From Bacteroidales bacterium (GTDB lineage Bacteria; Bacteroidota; Bacteroidia; Bacteroidales; UBA12077), in assembly GCA_028282585.1 (NCBI GenBank), contig JANQHR010000020.1, forward strand, positions 1-64,000: a stretch of DNA of 64,000 nt, read 5' to 3'. Below, one piece after another: positions 62,276-64,000 of the stretch. How positions within the stretch are numbered: position 1 is the first letter of the stretch; each line of letters opens with the position of its first letter. Below the pieces are notes generated by a model that searched no databases, was not told where the DNA came from, and worked only from the letters and a program-made list of their open reading frames with translations. The position numbers were made by a program, and so were the translations under genes.

Positions 62276-62773
62276 ATGAAAAATACAAAAACACTTACCA
62301 TATTGATATTGGCTCTTCTATTTACGGGAACATGTTATGCACAAAGTAAAATCCCAGTTTTAAATAAAGAGATTGTAAAATATTTAAAAACAGTAAAAGG
62401 AAAGAAAGTAGATCGTGGAGAATGTTGGGATCTTGCATATCAGGCACTAACAAGGGTTGATGCTGATTGGGATATGGCTTATGTTTATGGTGACCCTATT
62501 GATCCATCGAAAGATGAAGTATTTCCAGGAGACCTGATTCAATTCGAAAATATAAAAACGCAATATACAGAAGGAAATACAACTTATACCTCAATTATGG
62601 CTCACCATACCGCAATAGTTTATAAGGTTTTGGAAAAAGGCGTTTATGAGATTGCTCATCAAAACACTGAATTCTCAGGTAGAAAAGTTGGTGTAAATGT
62701 TTTAAATTTAAATCACATTATTCAAGGTGATATTTACTTTTACCGACCAACAAAGAACAGAAAGGATGGATAA
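62276..62773 (+). CDS. Exported protein, possible NlpC/P60 or CHAP-like cysteine hydrolase fold
   Basis: Signal peptide; RGECWDLA, PGDLIQF, HHTAIV, HQN. Confidence 0.55.
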   Translation: MKNTKTLTILILALLFTGTCYAQSKIPVLNKEIVKYLKTVKGKKVDRGECWDLAYQALTRVDADWDMAYVYGDPIDPSKDEVFPGDLIQFENIKTQYTEGNTTYTSIMAHHTAIVYKVLEKGVYEIAHQNTEFSGRKVGVNVLNLNHIIQGDIYFYRPTKNRKDG

Positions 62774-63509
62774 CAGATGGAATCTTTCAAATAAAAAAGC
62801 TTTAATTACCGGAGGAACCAAAGGAATTGGATTAGCAATTGCTAAAGAATTTATTGAATTAGGTGCTGAAATAACTATTGTCTCAAGAAACGAGCCAAAA
62901 GAGTTTTCTAACAGTAAAGTTCATTTTATAAAAACAGACTTAAGTAACGTAACAGGACTGAAAAGACTTGTAAACCAGGTTAAGCAAAAGTGGGATTACC
63001 TTGATATTTTAGTTAATAACGTTGGAATGAATATTCGTAAAAAAACAGAAGAGTATTCAAAACAAGAGTATGATAAGATTATTAATACGAACTTATTTTC
63101 GACTTTCGAACTTAGCTGCCTTTGTTATCCGCTTTTAAAGAAATCAGAACAGGGGAATATTGTAAATATTTCCTCTGTGGCGGGACAAAAACACATTAAA
63201 ACCGGATCGATTTATGGAATGACGAAAGCTGCAATGATTCAACTTACTAAGAATCTTGCGGTTGAGTGGGCAGAAGAAGGAATCAGAGTAAATGCTGTTG
63301 CACCCTGGTATATAAAAACACCATTAGCAGAAACCGTATTAAAAAATAAGGGTTATTATAATGAAGTTATTGCAAGAACACCATTGAAGAAAATCGGAGA
63401 TCCTAAGGATGTAGCGGCTACCGTAGCTTTTTTATGCATGCCGGCCGCAGCATATATTACCGGACAATGCTTAAGCGTTGATGGTGGATTTACTATTCAT
63501 GGATTTTAA
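62766..63509 (+). CDS. SDR family oxidoreductase (tropinone reductase-like)
   Basis: TGGTKGIG, NNVG, YGMTK, VNAVAPW, VDGG. Start set at ATG 62766. Confidence 0.88.
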   Translation: MDNRWNLSNKKALITGGTKGIGLAIAKEFIELGAEITIVSRNEPKEFSNSKVHFIKTDLSNVTGLKRLVNQVKQKWDYLDILVNNVGMNIRKKTEEYSKQEYDKIINTNLFSTFELSCLCYPLLKKSEQGNIVNISSVAGQKHIKTGSIYGMTKAAMIQLTKNLAVEWAEEGIRVNAVAPWYIKTPLAETVLKNKGYYNEVIARTPLKKIGDPKDVAATVAFLCMPAAAYITGQCLSVDGGFTIHGF

Positions 63510-64000
63510 TCTAAACAATATTTGTCTAAATTTTCAGCTGCATTGTAGCTCCCATATCTTTTACCTTTTATCCAATCAGAACATGCACCTTTTTTATCTC
63601 CTAACCTATATCTTGCAATTCCCTTTTTGTTATAAACTTCACCAGACCTTGGGTAAATATCAAGAAACATGGAATAATCCTGAACAGCATATTTGTAAGT
63701 ATTTGTAGCAGAATAAATGTCTCCTCTTAATTCAAAAAATTCTTTATTACTCTTTTGTTCAAAAGCTTGATTTATCTTTTTTAAAGCTGTGTGATAATCT
63801 TTATTCCTAAAACAAGCTTTACTATTTAAATAGAGTACATCAGGATTATTTGGTTTTACTTCCAAAATTGAGGATGAAAGCTTTTGAGCCTCATCATAAT
63901 ATTCCATCTTAAAAAGTAAATCTGCTTTTTGAACATAATAATCGATTTCATAAGGATTCATTCGAATTAACTTGTTCAGATCAAATAAGGCTAATTCATA
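63506..64000 (-). CDS. TPR protein, 5' part beyond the window end
   Basis: The frame stays open from 63961 to 64000 (YELALFDLNKLIR); TPR motifs and C-terminal GACSDW..G. Confidence 0.75.
   Translation of the reverse strand, partial: YELALFDLNKLIRMNPYEIDYYVQKADLLFKMEYYDEAQKLSSSILEVKPNNPDVLYLNSKACFRNKDYHTALKKINQAFEQKSNKEFFELRGDIYSATNTYKYAVQDYSMFLDIYPRSGEVYNKKGIARYRLGDKKGACSDWIKGKRYGSYNAAENLDKYCLD

Overview
A 64 kb, AT-rich chromosomal window from a member of the Bacteroidota, most likely Bacteroidales. Supporting signs are TAnnTTTG promoters, a hybrid two-component system, a PorE-like OmpA protein and MacB-type permeases. Most of it is housekeeping, transport and signalling genes: queE, a stand-alone trpB, anmK, rplS, tRNA-Arg(ACG), aroC, nth, an ABC-F, a TetR/TolC/HlyD/ABC-2 efflux operon, two paralogous 'permease <- -> NtrC-like regulator + kinase' modules, a glycosylation cluster, hsp20 and a NifS-SelD fusion. 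I saw no integrase, transposase, reverse transcriptase or CRISPR array. The most notable signals are non-coding or unannotated. (1) A tandem 128/130-bp tRNA-linked element regenerates the tRNA 3' end and carries an inverted and a split copy of the T-arm. (2) Two tandem Trp-Trp leader peptides flank an attenuator terminator upstream of the orphan trpB. (3) There are three sigma54-like promoters with helically phased upstream boxes. (4) A secreted tail-fibre-like repeat protein is preceded by a decayed peptidase-S74 chaperone remnant. (5) A uracil-DNA glycosylase gene is frameshifted. All family assignments come from motif recognition by eye; no database searches were run.
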